Assembly: GCF_006345805.1 (NCBI RefSeq)
Contig: NC_042997.1
Span: 188,170,001-188,234,000, forward strand
Reading direction: 5' to 3'
DNA length: 64,000 bases
Origin: Octopus sinensis
Taxonomy: Eukaryota
Below, piece after piece: positions 1 through 13,245 of this stretch (its first letter is position 1; each line of letters starts with the position of its first letter). The notes beneath the pieces were generated by a model that ran no database searches, was not told the DNA's origin, and was given only the letters and a program-made list of their open reading frames with translations. Both the position numbers and the translations under genes were made by a program.

Positions 1-854
1 AATTAACTTCGGTGGGGCTTGGTTGTTTCAACTCCTTTAACCGTAAATAAACTTTATTCTCAATTTTATAACAAGATTATGCTATCTGTGCGATAAATAT
101 TTATTCGCAACTGATACTATTCATTGAGTGATTTGTGGATGAAAGTAATTAGTAATTTCTAACGCGCAATGAGAAAGAACAGACGAAGACGAGTAGTATG
201 AAACAAAAAGAAAACTATGATTGCAAAGTTTGTAAATAGTGGGAAGGAATGTATATCCACTATGAATAATATATTTTAAAAAAAGCCTCGAATTTTTTCT
301 TTCTTTGAGACGTGGCACTTTGTGCCAAAAGCAACTATATAGAATAACTTTCTACTTTTAATATATTATGTTTTGACAATGCTCTCGATGAATTTTCGTG
401 GGAATGACGGTAAAATCAATTCAATCGACTTAATGTATATTACTGATATTTAAGAGCCAACCAATAAAGGGGTTTCTACATGGTCGGTCTACCACATTTT
501 CCTAAAAATCACACTCTACATGTAATTATGTTATACAACGGATAATGTTATCACGAATACATCGACAAAGAGAGAGAAAATAATAAAAAAAAGGCATGAT
601 ATCACAGCTAGAACGTCTTCGATCATAAATCTGTTTGCTGGATCAGGACAGACTAGGAGCTAAACTACTACTAATAGAACTGCTTATATTATTGATACCG
701 AAGGATGACAGGTGGGTCCGAATTTCAACTGAATATGAACTCAGGCTTATAAATGTCAAATTAGTCACCGAAAGAAAACGTACAAGTGGGCATTCTATTG
801 TCTTGCTTCTTTGTACCATGATATACGATATTGATTTCTAATATAGGTACAGTG

Positions 855-985
855 ACTCATTATAGGGGGTTGACTATATCGATCCAGTAATTAACTAATA
901 CTTACTCCATTGACCTGGAAAGCTGAAGAAATAAAGTTGACCCTTTGTGGGGTTCGAAGTCAGAACGTAAAGAAACAGTGAAATT
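855..985 (-). mobile_element. Degenerate SINE family C fragment (Nin/Deu-like core)
   Basis: Reverse complement resembles TTCTGAGTTC..GGTCAACTTT..TTCCAGGTCAAT..AGTA of family C copies. Confidence 0.55.
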
Positions 986-1325
986 AATTTTTCCCGATAT
1001 TCTGCTGATCCTATCAATGATATACGAGAGCCCCAAATATTTTTGTCATCACTGATAATATTGGGAATAAAGTTTTGAAGTTAAAATGCGATTAGTAGAA
1101 ACTATAAAACAAGCATGCTGGGATCAAGTTCTGAGCAGTGATATATAGAAATCATGAAATTAATTCCTTATTAATATCTACAGCATTTTTAGTGTGTTCT
1201 CGCAGTGAGAAGCAGTAGTATTAATCCTTTTCGTTTTGAATTGTTTCTAACCGATAGGTCAACAACGTCTTGTGTGAAAGCTAACAATATCGTTGCTCAT
1301 AAGATAAATAGATATTTTCGGTTAA

Positions 1326-1596
1326 CCTCCGGTGTTTGACCTGAGCAAAAAAAAGAAAAAAATTAGATCCGATTTTTTCCCTCAAGAAAATTCTTACTGA
1401 CTACACAGTTCCGGGTTCAATCCCACTGCATGGCACTTTGAGCAAGTGAATTTTCCGAGTCCCTCCCACACACACACACACCGTTCACAAGTGCGCATTT
1501 TTTTTTTTTCATATTCATTTACTACGTTTTTTTTATACACCTATTACACTATTTTTTCTTTTTTTCATTTTTCTTGCTCGGGTCAAACACTGGAGG
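1326..1596. mobile_element. piggyBac-like MITE with TTAA target duplication
   Basis: TTAA(1322-1325)|CCTCCGGTGTTTGACCTGAGCAA ... TTGCTCGGGTCAAACACTGGAGG|TTAA(1597-1600); ~23-bp terminal inverted repeats; SINE head fragment inside. Confidence 0.75.
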
Positions 1597-1884
1597 TTAA
1601 ACCATATTTTCATCTGTCTTAGTTTCATTTCACACGAGAGTATTTAGCGAAGGCGTTTATCCACCAACAATATATAATTAGCCTTCTAAAGGCTTGACAT
1701 CCAATACGATAGATTTTTTTTTTACAACAGACGGATTAAAATTTTTTGTACTGTTGACCTCGACTGTTAAGACTCATATAACTGCTATCGTTTTCCCAAC
1801 TCCACATTCCATCTTCGTTCACAAACTCAAGTAGCCAGCTAGATTAGTGCACGTGCACTTACACTTACTCGCGATGGTCTTCTT

Positions 1885-2030
1885 GCAGTTGAGATCTACC
1901 AAATTTACTCTCAAGTATTTGGTCAGCCTGAGGTTACAATAGAAGATATTTGCCCGAGGTGCTGTGCAGTGGGTCTGAACCAGAAGTCATGTGGTTGAGA
2001 AGTGCACTCTTTACACAGCCATGCCCCTGC
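1885..2030 (-). mobile_element. SINE family A, partial
   Basis: Matches family A 5' half (GCCCGAGGTGCTGTGCAGTGGGTCTGAACC..ACACAGCCATGCCCC). Confidence 0.7.
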
Positions 2031-2479
2031 TTCAGTTGTACCAATGCTGCCTTTAGGATAGGCTTTAAAAATTTCTCCGGTTATTTGTTAAATGTTTATT
2101 ATTGGCATTATAATTTAATTTCAGATTCAATACATATCTTCAATGTTGAAAGAATATGCCTTCACTGACATGCATCTCAAAATGCAAACATTCTTTTGTT
2201 ATGTGTATATAAAATGACCAACAAGAAAGAGAAGGAATTGATAATCTAGTATACATAAATTGCAGTATGTGTGTGTATAATGACTAATGCATACATTTCC
2301 ACAATTCTCAACCGATTTTCTCCAAACTTCACACACACATTAGTTGTGTCCCAAGGATGGTCATGCACTACAACACTTTGCCCAGAACTCCCGCGTAAAT
2401 GGGCATAGTTTATTGTATGTAGGGTCTTCCATACTTTTTAAATCTTTTTACAAAAGTGAAAGGATTTTGTCTATTTATT

Positions 2480-4190
2480 TACTTCGACTGTTCACCTGCG
2501 CGGTGACCCAATCAGGAAGCAAAATGTACAAAAGGCTGTGATTTTCAGATTGGAGGGCTCAGAGTCAGATGAAAGAGAAATATGATCATTTGATGGTTGG
2601 TCCAACATTCTCAGCACACCTCATAACATGGGTGATCAAAACATCCTTATGACGCTTTTGTCAAACAATCACATAGTCAAGAAGGTGCCAGGATTGGACC
2701 AAGGATGCATCCAGGAGGCTTTGTGGAATGTTGGAAGTGTGAAACTGTGTTGATAATGATCAGTCCATTTTGGGAACAGAGAGTTAGAAGATGAAGGTCA
2801 TTGGTGTTCATGTTCCCAAAATCATGATGACCAATAATGCTGGGCCAGATGAAATGACTTTGACCAGTTCTGGCATTGAAATCTTGCAGAATGATCTTAT
2901 CAGACTTGGGCATCCTTCAGATGATATCATCCAGGGACAGGTAGAACCTGTCCTTGGCTTCTTCAGGGGAATCCAATGCAGGTGCATAGGCACTGATGAT
3001 GGTGGTATATTGGCCTTTGAAGAGAATGAACCACTGCATGATGAGATGTTCATGCAGTCTAACAGGAAGTTCTGCCATTTTATTTGCAATGGAGGTTTTC
3101 ACAGCGAAGGTCACTCTATGAGTTCTGTAATTGCTATTGGTAATACCCTTCCAGGGGAACATGTATCCCTCTCCCTGTTCAGTGGAGAAGCCTTCCTCTG
3201 AGAAACATGTCCAGCTAAGAGCCACTGTGTCCACATTGTAGCATTTCAGCTTGAATGCAACCAGAGCAGTCCTTCAATGAGGTCAATCTGAATTAGGATA
3301 ATCAAATAAGGTTCTGACATTGCAGAAGCAATTGACAATTTTTTGAAGTTTCAACCACATTAAAGCAGTGATCTGTCTGATGCAAATTCTTGATGGAGTA
3401 GAATGAGGTAAGCTTTGTTTGGACCACCTTTTCCTGGCTATTCTTCGGATTGAAGTAGGCAGTGCCTTCTTAAATAGGGTTGCCTAGATAGATGTGTAGG
3501 ACCAAAGAAGCTTGTCTCCTGGTGCAGACTTTAGTAACCGTCTTATTCATGCTGCCAGTGTGCAAGCTTCAAGCAAAAGGATTCCAGCATCATTTATGCT
3601 TGCCTCCATCACCAGCTATTCATTGCCAATGGACTTGAGAGAGAGAGTGAGGAAAAAAGATGGAGGAGAGCGAAGGAAGAGGGTTGAAATGGATTGAAGT
3701 CTGATCAAAGATTTATTTCCAGTGATGAAAAGGGCATGCAATCCTTCACTGCAAAACTTGGCTTATCTGCAACTGGGCCAGTGACAAAGAGGAGATCCAG
3801 GATGACTGGGATCAGGGAGATGCTGCAGCAAGCTGCCACATCAACGATATGTAGTGGGGTGCCTTGGCAGTCAGACTGCTTGGCTTTGTCCTGTTGGCGA
3901 TAATATCAGTGCAAAACACACAACTGGCCACAAAGTGTCACAGATGCAGAAGGTGTGTGACCAGGGCAGCTGCAAGATATTGGAACAGACATTGTTCTGA
4001 ATTTGATTAAGGAAGGTAACCCAGGGCTTAGTTGACATGCTAGTCGACCCATAGCTGGGACTGTAACAGGTGTTACTATTCTGTGTCAGAGTAAACCTGG
4101 AGACAATAGTGGTTAAGAGGTGGATCTATACTCCTCAAAACCCTAAAAACTCCCACACCAGGGCCCCACTACCAGATGTGGTTTAAAGTC
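2480..4190 (-). mobile_element. Decayed RTE (BovB-like) LINE, 5' UTR and apurinic endonuclease region
   Basis: Minus-strand peptides CNVRTLFD, RTALVA..YNVDTVALS, GEGYMFPWKG, TIISAYAPALDSPEEAKDRFY, ILQDFNARTG, DYVIV are RTE APE motifs; interrupted by stops and frameshifts. Confidence 0.9.
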
Positions 4191-4224
4191 ATACCCAAGG
4201 CATATGATAATATATATATATAAT

Positions 4225-4775
4225 CATCATCATCATTTTAACATTCACTTTTCTATACTTGCATGGATTGAATGAAATTTGCTGAGGTGGATTTTTCTAT
4301 GGCCAGATACCCTTCCTGTCACCAACACTCACCTATTTCCAAGTAACATAATATTTCCTCATTGTCAGACATGTTTCCACTGAAGATTGGAAAGCAAGTG
4401 CACTATTTGTATGGTGGTGACACTTGTTTATAACTAGTAAGCAAAGAGGCAATAACACACAGTTTCCATCAATCAAATCCATTTTTGAAGCCTTGGTTGG
4501 CTGAGGGCTATATTTGAAGATGCACCCAAAGTGTCGCACTGTGGGATTGAACTCAAAATCAAGTGGTTGGAAAACAAACTTCTTACCACACACCTACACC
4601 TGTATACATACATACATGATTATCATCATCAGCATTTAACAGTTATTTTCTAAATATTTTCTATGCAGAGGTTGGATGGTTTGAAAGAAGCCTAAGAGTT
4701 CAAGGACTGTATCAACTCCAGTGTTTGGTTTGATATAGTTTCTATGGCTGGATGCTGTTCCTAATGCTAACAACT
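4225..4775 (-). mobile_element. Cluster of decayed RTE-tail fragments and a family A SINE
   Basis: (ATC)n ends at ~4225 and ~4620 followed by reverse-complement RTE tail; family A SINE remnant ~4400-4605. Confidence 0.65.
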
Positions 4776-4821
4776 TTCCTACACACACACTTATACATAC
4801 ACACACACGAATATGTACATG

Positions 4822-4857
4822 TGTATATATATATATGTGTGTGTGTGTGTGTGCGTG

Positions 4858-4892
<35 letters not shown>

Positions 4893-4937
4893 CTTGGAAA
4901 TGGATGTGTGGTGTTCAATTAAATAATAATAATAATA

Positions 4938-4976
<39 letters not shown>

Positions 4977-5577
4977 TATATGGGTACAGGATGTCACCAG
5001 CTATGTAAACAATGAGAGAAAAAATGGTAAACAGGACAAGTAAACACAGAGACAACCCTTCATCAGCTGTCTATCTACTCCTCATTTCAAGCATTCAATG
5101 ACAATGTGAGTCTTCAAAGACTGCTCCCATAAATTCAAAAATTTAGGATTTATGGAGGGTCAAAGTTGGAAACAAAACAGGACAGTGGAGACATTCAAAG
5201 AAACCAAATGAAAACAAACATGGAGGGTTGTTAGACCAGAATGAGAGGAAAATAGTGAATGCTGGGAGAAATATTTTCTTTGAAAAGAGAAAAGATAGAA
5301 GAGAGAGAAAAAAACGTCCTGTCCTTTGAATATCTGTACAAGAAAAGAAAGATGGACGATGGTCACGTGTGAGCAATGAGAGAGAAAAAGAGAAAGAGGG
5401 GAGAGAGAGACAGATAGAAAACGGTGCAAGAGGGAGGGGGAGAAAAAGGGAATTAGAGAAGGAATAAGGAAGAAAACAGTATAGAGTAAAGTCGCATCAA
5501 AAAGGTGAACCTAATTGGAAATGGAGGCATGGCTTTCAATTAAATAATAATAAATAATATATATATATATATGTATG

Positions 5578-5611
<34 letters not shown>

Positions 5612-5615
5612 CGTG

Positions 5616-5648
<33 letters not shown>

Positions 5649-5697
5649 CTTGGAAATGGATGTGTGGTGTTCAATTAATAATAATAATAATAATAAT

Positions 5698-5732
<35 letters not shown>

Positions 5733-6360
5733 GAATATATGGGTACAGGATGTCACCAGCTATGTAAACAATGAGAGAAAAAATGGTAAACAGGACAAGT
5801 AAACACAGAGACAACCCTTCATCAGCTGTCTATCTACTCCTCATTTCAAGCATTCAATGACAATGTGAGTCTTCAAAGACTGCTCCCATAAATTCAAAAA
5901 TTTAGGATTTATGGAGGGTCAAAGTTGGAAACAAAACAGGACAGTGGAGACATTCAAAGAAACCAAATGAAAACAAACATGGAGGGTTGTTAGACCAGAA
6001 TGAGAGGAAAATAGTGAATGCTGGGAGAAATATTTTCTTTGAAAAGAGAAAAGATAGAAGAGAGAGAAAAAAACGTCCTGTCCTTTGAATATCTGTACAA
6101 GAAAAGAAAGATGGACGATGGTCACGTGTGAGCAATGAGAGAGAAAAAGAGAAAGAGGGGAGAGAGAGACAGATAGAAAACGGTGCAAGAGGGAGGGGGA
6201 GAAAAAGGGAATTAGAGAAGGAATAAGGAAGAAAACAGTATAGAGTAAAGTCGCATCAAAAAGGTGAACCTAATTGGAAATGGAGGCATGGCTTTCAATT
6301 AAATAATAATAAATAATATATATATATATATGTATGTATATATATATATGTGTGTGTGTG
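4822..6360. repeat. Head-to-tail duplication, unit ~760 bp
   Basis: ORFs 5143-5376 and 5902-6135, and 5160-5429 and 5919-6188, translate identically; only microsatellite lengths visibly differ. Confidence 0.95.
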
Positions 6361-6680
6361 GTTCTGGTCTAACAACCCTCCATGTTTGTTTTTGGTTAGT
6401 TTCCTTGTATGTCTCCACTGTCCCTGTTTTTGTTTCCAACTTTGACCCTCCATAAATCCTAAATTTTATTTTAGAATTTATGGGAGTAATTGCCTTTGAA
6501 GACTCATATTGTCATTGAATGCCCGAAATGAGGAGTAGACAGACAGCTGACAACTGATGAAGGGTTGTCTCTCTGAGTTTACTTGTCCTGTTTTCCATTT
6601 TTCTCTCATTGTTTACATATTTAACTCGCTTGTCTATGTATTTCATGTTGTTTATATAGTTGGTGATGTCCTGTACCCAG
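6361..6680 (-). mobile_element. Inverted, diverged copy of the interspersed repeat at 4980-5240 (possibly Penelope-derived)
   Basis: GTTCTGGTCTAACAACCCTCCATG...GATGTCCTGTACCC is the reverse complement of GGGTACAGGATGTCACC...GGAGGGTTGTTAGACCAGAA. Confidence 0.8.
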
Positions 6681-7560
6681 CTTCCGCTACCTAGGTGACG
6701 AAGTCTGTAGTGTTACCACTAGAATAAGAATAGCCTAGCCAAAGTTCACAAAGCTTCTACCTCTACTGGTGACAAAGGGACTCTTGCTCAGAGTGAAAGG
6801 TAGATTGTATGATGCATGTGTGCGAACTGCCATGCTTCACGGCAGTGAAACATGGGCTGTGACTGCTAAAGACGTGCATAGGCTCGAAAGAAATGAAGCT
6901 AGCATGATCCGCTGGATGTGTAATGTCAGTGTACACACACGACCGAGTGTAAGCACCCTGAGAGAAATGTTAGACATAAGAAGCATTGGATATGGCATGC
7001 AAGAGAGACGTTTACGTTGGTATGGTCATGTACTGTGGATGGATGAGGAGAGATGTGTGAAGAAATTCCACTTTCAAACAGGGGAAGGAATCCGGGTAGA
7101 GGGAAACCCAGGAAGACATGGGATGAGGTGGTGAAGCATGACCTATGAACGTTGGGCTTCACAGAGGCAATGACAAAAGACCAACACCTCTGGAGGTATG
7201 CAGTGACTGAGAAGACCCAGCAAATAAAGTCAGTTCACAGCTGTAACCTTCACCAGTGTCGCATAATCAGTCCACACAAAAGTACCTTGGATCGTAGGGT
7301 GACATGCCGTGCTTGAGGAGACCTATTGAGTCAAGTACATCAACATCAACATCAGTATGAAAATCAAATCAAATGGAAATTGTAGTTGTGAGCCTAATGC
7401 CAGTAGCACATAAAAAGCACCCACTACATTCTCAGAGTGTTTGGCGTAGAAACACCGCCAGATCAGATTGGGGCATGGTTCAGCCTCCTGGCTTTCCAGA
7501 CCCCAGTCAAACTGTCAAACCCATGCCAGCATGGAAAACGGACATTTAACGATGATGATG
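6680..7560 (+). mobile_element. 5'-truncated RTE LINE, RT C-terminal part and 3' tail
   Basis: KGRLYDACVRTAMLHGSETWAVT..ERRLRWYGHV matches 40544-42409; ends ..TTTAACGATGATGATGAT. Confidence 0.92.
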
Positions 7561-7561
<1 letters not shown>

Positions 7562-7598
<37 letters not shown>

Positions 7599-7634
7599 TA
7601 CATTATTATATATACACACACACACACACACATA

Positions 7635-7699
<65 letters not shown>

Positions 7700-7705
7700 A
7701 TTATA
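7562..7705. repeat. (TA)n/(CA)n microsatellite
   Basis: Direct reading. Confidence 0.95.
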
Positions 7706-9865
7706 TATGTTATCATGTACATACATATAATTGGAGAGTATTTATGGAACAAATGGAATAACTCATTAAGCTAGTGAAAGATTAGTGAACTAGTAGCGTA
7801 CTAGTGGTGGTGTTGTTTAGTCTGAAGTCAAACATGAATGAGCAAATCTATTCTCTAAGGCTTTCCAGCTATGACCAACCCATCTTGTTTTCAGGAATAC
7901 TCTATATAGGACTACATTAATCCATGTGTCTTTTTGTTTAAGACAATAGTTTGTGATTTGTATGGGGAGTTGGCTGTTATGTCGAATGGTGACATAGAGT
8001 TCTGACTCATGAGCTCAAAAGCATACTAATACTGTACTCAGGTGTTAACCCGGAGGACATGGCTTTGATTACTTCCTAGTTTCATGCTCTTTTCTTTATT
8101 CCATACTGTATATAAAGTGAAATCACACACACACATGCACAACCTCTCACACTATTTCTCACACACACTCTTTGTCACACACACACTCACATAAACATGC
8201 ACACAAACACATATGTATGAAGTTCATTCAGATATAGTGACATGTCTCTGTTTTAATATTTTGACCCCTAACTCATAGGAAGGAATAACTAAATGTCGGG
8301 CAAGTCTGTTAAGTGAGGCTATCTTTTGCTAAACATGAGATTAAATTATTGTAATTCACAAAAGACAGGCATTATTTGTACGTTGGTTTTATTAGCATGC
8401 CATTACTGTTAGATAGGCGCTTTGTAACTGTGTATTGCATATGGTATGAAAATCATAGATGACAGCTGGTGGACAAAATGAAATAATTATTGGAAATGAA
8501 ACTGCTAGAAGACATGCATAACAAAATAAATAGCAAATTTCATGATAGTAGAAAGAGGAATTAATGCGATTGTGAATATAGCATTCCATTCAGGTATTCA
8601 TTTTCCTCCTTGTCATCTCGCAACTCACTGCTTTCAATTATTCACTGTTACCAAGCAGGATAGAAGAAGAAGAAGAAGAAGAAAAAAATCAATTGTTCAT
8701 GACGGTGTAGTAAAAATGCTTCAAATGAAAATTCAGACAGATAACTGGAAAACACTCTGATTGATTTGTGTAGAAGAGATTTGTCAACACTGTAAACTTT
8801 CCTGTTATGAGTTAGATATCATACGAGTTTCTTCTATTGTAAGGTCGTTGAGGGTGGATAGTCTTCAGATAATTTATGGAAGCTGGTTAAGAGAGTTAAT
8901 CTAAGTGCTATATATATATGTATTCTTAGAATAAAATAAATGAGTAGCCTTGATCTATATGTAATAATAACAGCTTCATGGAGCTAGTTGAATGCAGTGA
9001 ATCATTACTGTTTATCAATTACACTAAATTGTATAACAATATTAATTACTTTATATTTATTTAATTGAACTAGAAAGATGAAAGGCTTGTCAAGATTTCA
9101 ACTCATTTCTGACAATGAGATTTCAAAATTAGTCTGTTTTCTCTTCAGAATATCTGTCATATTAGTTTTCAATAATATGTTACCACTTTTAGTATTGCTA
9201 TTAAATTATTTCAATTGTAGTAAGAAATCAATCTTCATAATAGGCACTAAATAAATAAGGAAATAAACAAAAACAACAATCCAAGTATCAGATGATGATC
9301 ATCATCCATTAATACCACCTACATGGTATTGGCTTCAGCAGGAAAACCCAACTTTCAACATCATTTGTATAAGAGATCTGGCACTCCTAAACTAGAAGAT
9401 ACGGATAACTGAATGATATTAATATTTAGTTTCAACATTTTAGGAAGTTAGTGGTGCAGAGCAAAGATGGCGTTCTAGAAAGATCAGGCTTGGAGAAGGA
9501 AGAATCAGGCTATGTTGAAATTGTAATCTTTCAATTGTTAGACATACAGGTTCTCTCTTCCTCTCCCTTCAGAGGTTATAACCCTAAATTATAGTGGACC
9601 AAGATACATTTTTATACCAAATAAAATTAATTCAAATTTTTTGTGGTATATACAGTGTATTTCTCAAACATTTTGTTATTTTTTTCTCTTTTATTTCTTC
9701 CAGTCATTGGACTGTGGTCATGCTGGGGCATTACCTTAAAGGGTTTAGTTAGTTAAATTGTTTCCAGTACTCATTTTAAGTTTGATACTTATTATGTTGA
9801 TCTACTTGTATTGAACCTCTAAGCTCTGGGCACATAAGCAAACATTGATTGTCAAATAGTCAGAT

Positions 9866-10241
9866 AGGCGCAGGAGTGGCTGTGTGGTAAGTAGCTTGCT
9901 TACCAATCACATGGTTCTGGGTTCAGTCCCACTGCGTGGCACCTTGGGCAAGTGTGTTCTATAGCCTCGGGCCAACCAAAGCCTTGTGAGTGGATTTGGT
10001 CGATGGAAACCGAAAGATGCCCGTCGTATATATGTATATATATATATGTATGTGTGTGTGTCTGTGTTTGTTCCCCCAACATCGCTTGACAACCGATGCT
10101 GGTGTGTTTACGTCCCTGTAACTTAGCGGTTCAGTAGAATAAGTACTAGGCTTACAAAGAATAAGTCCTAGGGTCGATTTACTCAACTAAAGGTGGTGCT
10201 TCAGTATGGCCGCAGTCAAATGACTGAAACAAGTAAAAGAG
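9866..10241 (+). mobile_element. SINE family A (tRNA-like head, central GCCTTGTGAGTGGATTTGG core, internal microsatellite), full length
   Basis: AGGCGCAGGAGTGGCTGTGTGGTAAG..GGTTCAGTCCC (A/B-box-like) to ..GACTGAAACAAGTAAAAGAG; many copies in window. Confidence 0.92.
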
Positions 10242-10919
10242 TCAGTGACAAACACAAAGACACAAACACACACACACGCATGTGCAATGAGTTTCTGTAT
10301 AGCTTTTACCTGCCAAATTCATTCATAAGGCAGTAGGGCTGAATCTAAAACCATGTGTAGTACAAGATTAAATATATATTCTTACATAAAATTTATTAAT
10401 TCTTATTCACAAAGCTGGATTAAGGATAAATAATACCCCAAAGTACAGCCCCAAAATGGTGTCCCATTGACTCAACATGACTCTGAAATACAAGTGCCAA
10501 ATGTGAAATAGATTAAAAATTCAGTTGTCTTCCAGGCCAGATCCCATAAGTATATTAAATATACCCCTTTTTTGTGGTAGGGGGTTTAATTTTATTCATT
10601 TATCACTAAATAGTTGTAAGCAGCAGAAGCAAATTATTTATTATGACTAAGGCAACATAAAAACAATGCAAATTTTTAACATATTTTTTTACTCATTGAA
10701 AAAATTATTATTCTTTATTGTATGCACTATTATAAATCCAGAAAAAAAATAACTGGGAAGAGCTCTATGGGTTGCCTTCCTTCATAAAGTTCTTGTTTCT
10801 AAATAACTCTGGGTCAGAGGTAATAAAGGGATTTTTGTCTAGTTACTTAAATTTATCAAAATAGCAGTAGAGTTTCCCTCTGAAAGTCCCTACTACTGTT
10901 TTCAAAATGAGAATCACAT

Positions 10920-11166
10920 GTGCTAGTATCTAGATCTTAATGATGATGAAGATGTGGTGGCTGTGGTGATGGTGGTCATGATGATGATGATGATGACGAC
11001 AACGATAACAATGATGATGATGATAGTTATGGAGTGGTCGAGCTGCTGCTGCTGATACTGCTAAACATATTTACTAAAATAAACCCCCCATGCTGCCACT
11101 GCCACCCTTCATCATCATCATCATCATCATCACCATCACCACCACCACCAACATCATCATCATCAT
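10920..11166. repeat. (GAT/GGT)n and (ATC/ACC)n trinucleotide tracts in inverted arrangement
   Basis: Direct reading. Confidence 0.8.
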
Positions 11167-11577
11167 CTATAACAACAGCAGTTTTTGCTTGTTTATACAG
11201 AACAACTTGATAAAGTTTGGCACTGTCCCAGATCTGCATAGGATGGGCAGACATGTAGCAGGTTGATCCTAATGATATTCAGTAATAATTTCTCTATCTA
11301 TGAAGAATGTATAAGGAATTCAAATTGCTTCACTCTTTTCGAACACCAAAGTAGGAGCAAAATGACTGAATGAATAACATTTTAGAGAACGTTCGGTTAG
11401 GTGTACAGATTTTCCGTGATGTATTTAGGCACTTAATTCTACCTGTCTCAATCCACTTGTCATGAATAATTTAAAATCATCTCACAATGTTATTTGAGAA
11501 GGACTAGAACTCCATCTACCAAATAATTTAACTCTTGTTTATTTTACACCTTGTCTATATGAGATACTTGGTCCAAC

Positions 11578-11750
11578 ATGGGTGCAGCCATGGCTATGTG
11601 GTTAAGAAGCTTGCTTTGCAAACTGCATGGTTTCAGGTTCAGTCTCACTGTAGAGAACATTAGGCAAACATATTTCTTATCATAGCCTTAAGCCAGCCAA
11701 AGCCTTGTGAGTGAAATGTGGCAGGTGGAAACTGTGTGGAAACCCAGGAG
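11578..11750 (+). mobile_element. SINE family A, 5' part
   Basis: GGCTATGTGGTTAAGAAGCTTGCT..AAGCCTTGTGAGTGAAAT. Confidence 0.7.
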
Positions 11751-12184
11751 AGAAACTAATTTGGTTGAACTTTAGGCTTAATCCATCTTAGTTTGCCACC
11801 CCCTATCTGGCTAATGAGTGGCTTAGCAGTGTGTACTCAGCACAAATCTCTGGTTTTGAGAATAACCTCATTGTTTTCTTCAATCAGTATTGAAAACTTT
11901 ATAAAAGATTTTAGTCACTGCCATAGATAAAATATGAAATCCTCAACACTTTTCAAAAGACTTTATAAACACCATCACTGCACAATGCATTATTCTGACA
12001 TTATAGTTGCAATACGTCTACTTAGAACTACGACAATACTATCACGTCACTTAGCTTATTAACCCTATAATGCATATAGCTTTTTGTGGTGGCCTTGTCA
12101 GCAATGTTATTATGCCATTGTGTTCCTAGTTAAATCATCTCAATGTAAATATCCAGAAATGCAAAATCGCTGTACCCACAAATA

Positions 12185-12370
12185 TTTCTTTATTGCCCAC
12201 AAGGGACTAAACATAGAGGTGACAAACAAGGACAGACAACGGGATTAAGTCGATTACATCGACCCCAGTATGTAACTGGTACTTTATTTATCGACCCTGA
12301 AAGGATGAAAGGCAAAGTTGACCTCGGCGGAATTTGAACTCAGAATGTAACGGCAGACGAAATACAGCTA
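12185..12370 (-). mobile_element. SINE family C (Nin/Deu-like core)
   Basis: Reverse complement of TTCTGAGTTCAAATTCCGCCGAGGTCAACTTTGCCTTTCATCCTTTC.. Confidence 0.9.
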
Positions 12371-12559
12371 AAATTGCACAGTAATATATCTTTCTTCTAT
12401 AAAGCAATAAGCTCACTCAAATTACATACAATGGTAATCTTTCTCTTTTGGAACAGTCAACTTCTTGAAACTATTTAAATGGTATATCTTTCATCTATGC
12501 GACTATCAGTTACCTGCAATTTGGGTGGTTGACTTAATCTGGCACCTGAGTACCTTTAG

Positions 12560-12960
12560 TGGAGTCCATTCTGTTGCAAGCATTTGAGCCAGATTTCCAA
12601 TCTGAGTATATTTCCCTGCCTTCCTTTTCCCCATCAGCTTTGAAGGTTGCCTAAAGGGTCATGGACAGTGAACCCAGTAGTTCCATCCGCTTAAGAACAT
12701 TGGTGAAAGCAATATTGTTGCACTTAACATAGTCAAAACCTTTAACTATATTTTGTATGAGAATTCTCTGGTTTAGTTGTTTGAGTATAGTCTTCATCAA
12801 GCTCTCATTTCTTGAACTGGAAGCTCCCTGTCAGACTGCATCATTGCAGTATGCATGCACTGATGGGATTGTGTTTCACCCACACTATTAATGCTGATGT
12901 ACCTCAAGCCTGGTTGTGCCTTGCACACTGCTTTGTTAGAAATTAGCAACCCCTAATTAT
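12560..12960 (+). mobile_element. Decayed CR1/L2/Jockey-group LINE RT fragment
   Basis: Peptides ESNIVALNIVKTFNYI (cf. AVALDISKAFDRV) and HTINADVPQ (cf. INSGVPQGS). Confidence 0.65.
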
Positions 12961-13159
12961 TGTCATTTCAAACAAAGCATATTGCTACACTGATGAAACC
13001 ATTATTCTTTCCTCTTTAGCCATCTAAATACAGGCCATCTAGATACAACATAAACTCCTCTCAATATACAGGTGTTACTTCATGAATATAGATTTAAGAA
13101 TATTCTTTCATAGGAGCATGACAACTCTGTCTCTTTCAGCAGAACAAAGATATACTCAT

Positions 13160-13183
13160 TGTATGTATGTATGCATGTATGTA

Positions 13184-13220
<37 letters not shown>

Positions 13221-13245
13221 ATGTGTGTGTGTATGTGTGCATGCA
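13160..13245. repeat. (TGTA)n/(TG)n microsatellite
   Basis: Direct reading. Confidence 0.95.

Larger units (their letters stand above)
1..1900. promoter_or_regulatory. CpG-retaining unique region, putative promoter/5' gene end
   Basis: CG dinucleotides are frequent by eye in non-repeat sequence (e.g. AACGCGC, GACGAAGACG, many TCGA), against near absence in unique DNA at e.g. 14-15 kb; function is inferred. Confidence 0.35.

Noticed and set aside
121-318. 65-aa minus-strand ORF at the window start
   Set aside because: No recognisable homology or splice context
6545-6585. CTGATGAAGGG as a hammerhead core (also minus strand at ~5060 and ~5820)
   Set aside because: No downstream stem II-GAAA arrangement could be built
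4791-7761. ORFs rich in YIYI/HTHT/VCVC (also 13080-13292, 27362-27598, 40324 start)
   Set aside because: Translations of (TA)n, (CA)n and (TACA)n microsatellites
10920-11166. Inverted trinucleotide tracts as a functional hairpin
   Set aside because: Simple repeats of both polarities are common in this sequence; no further support
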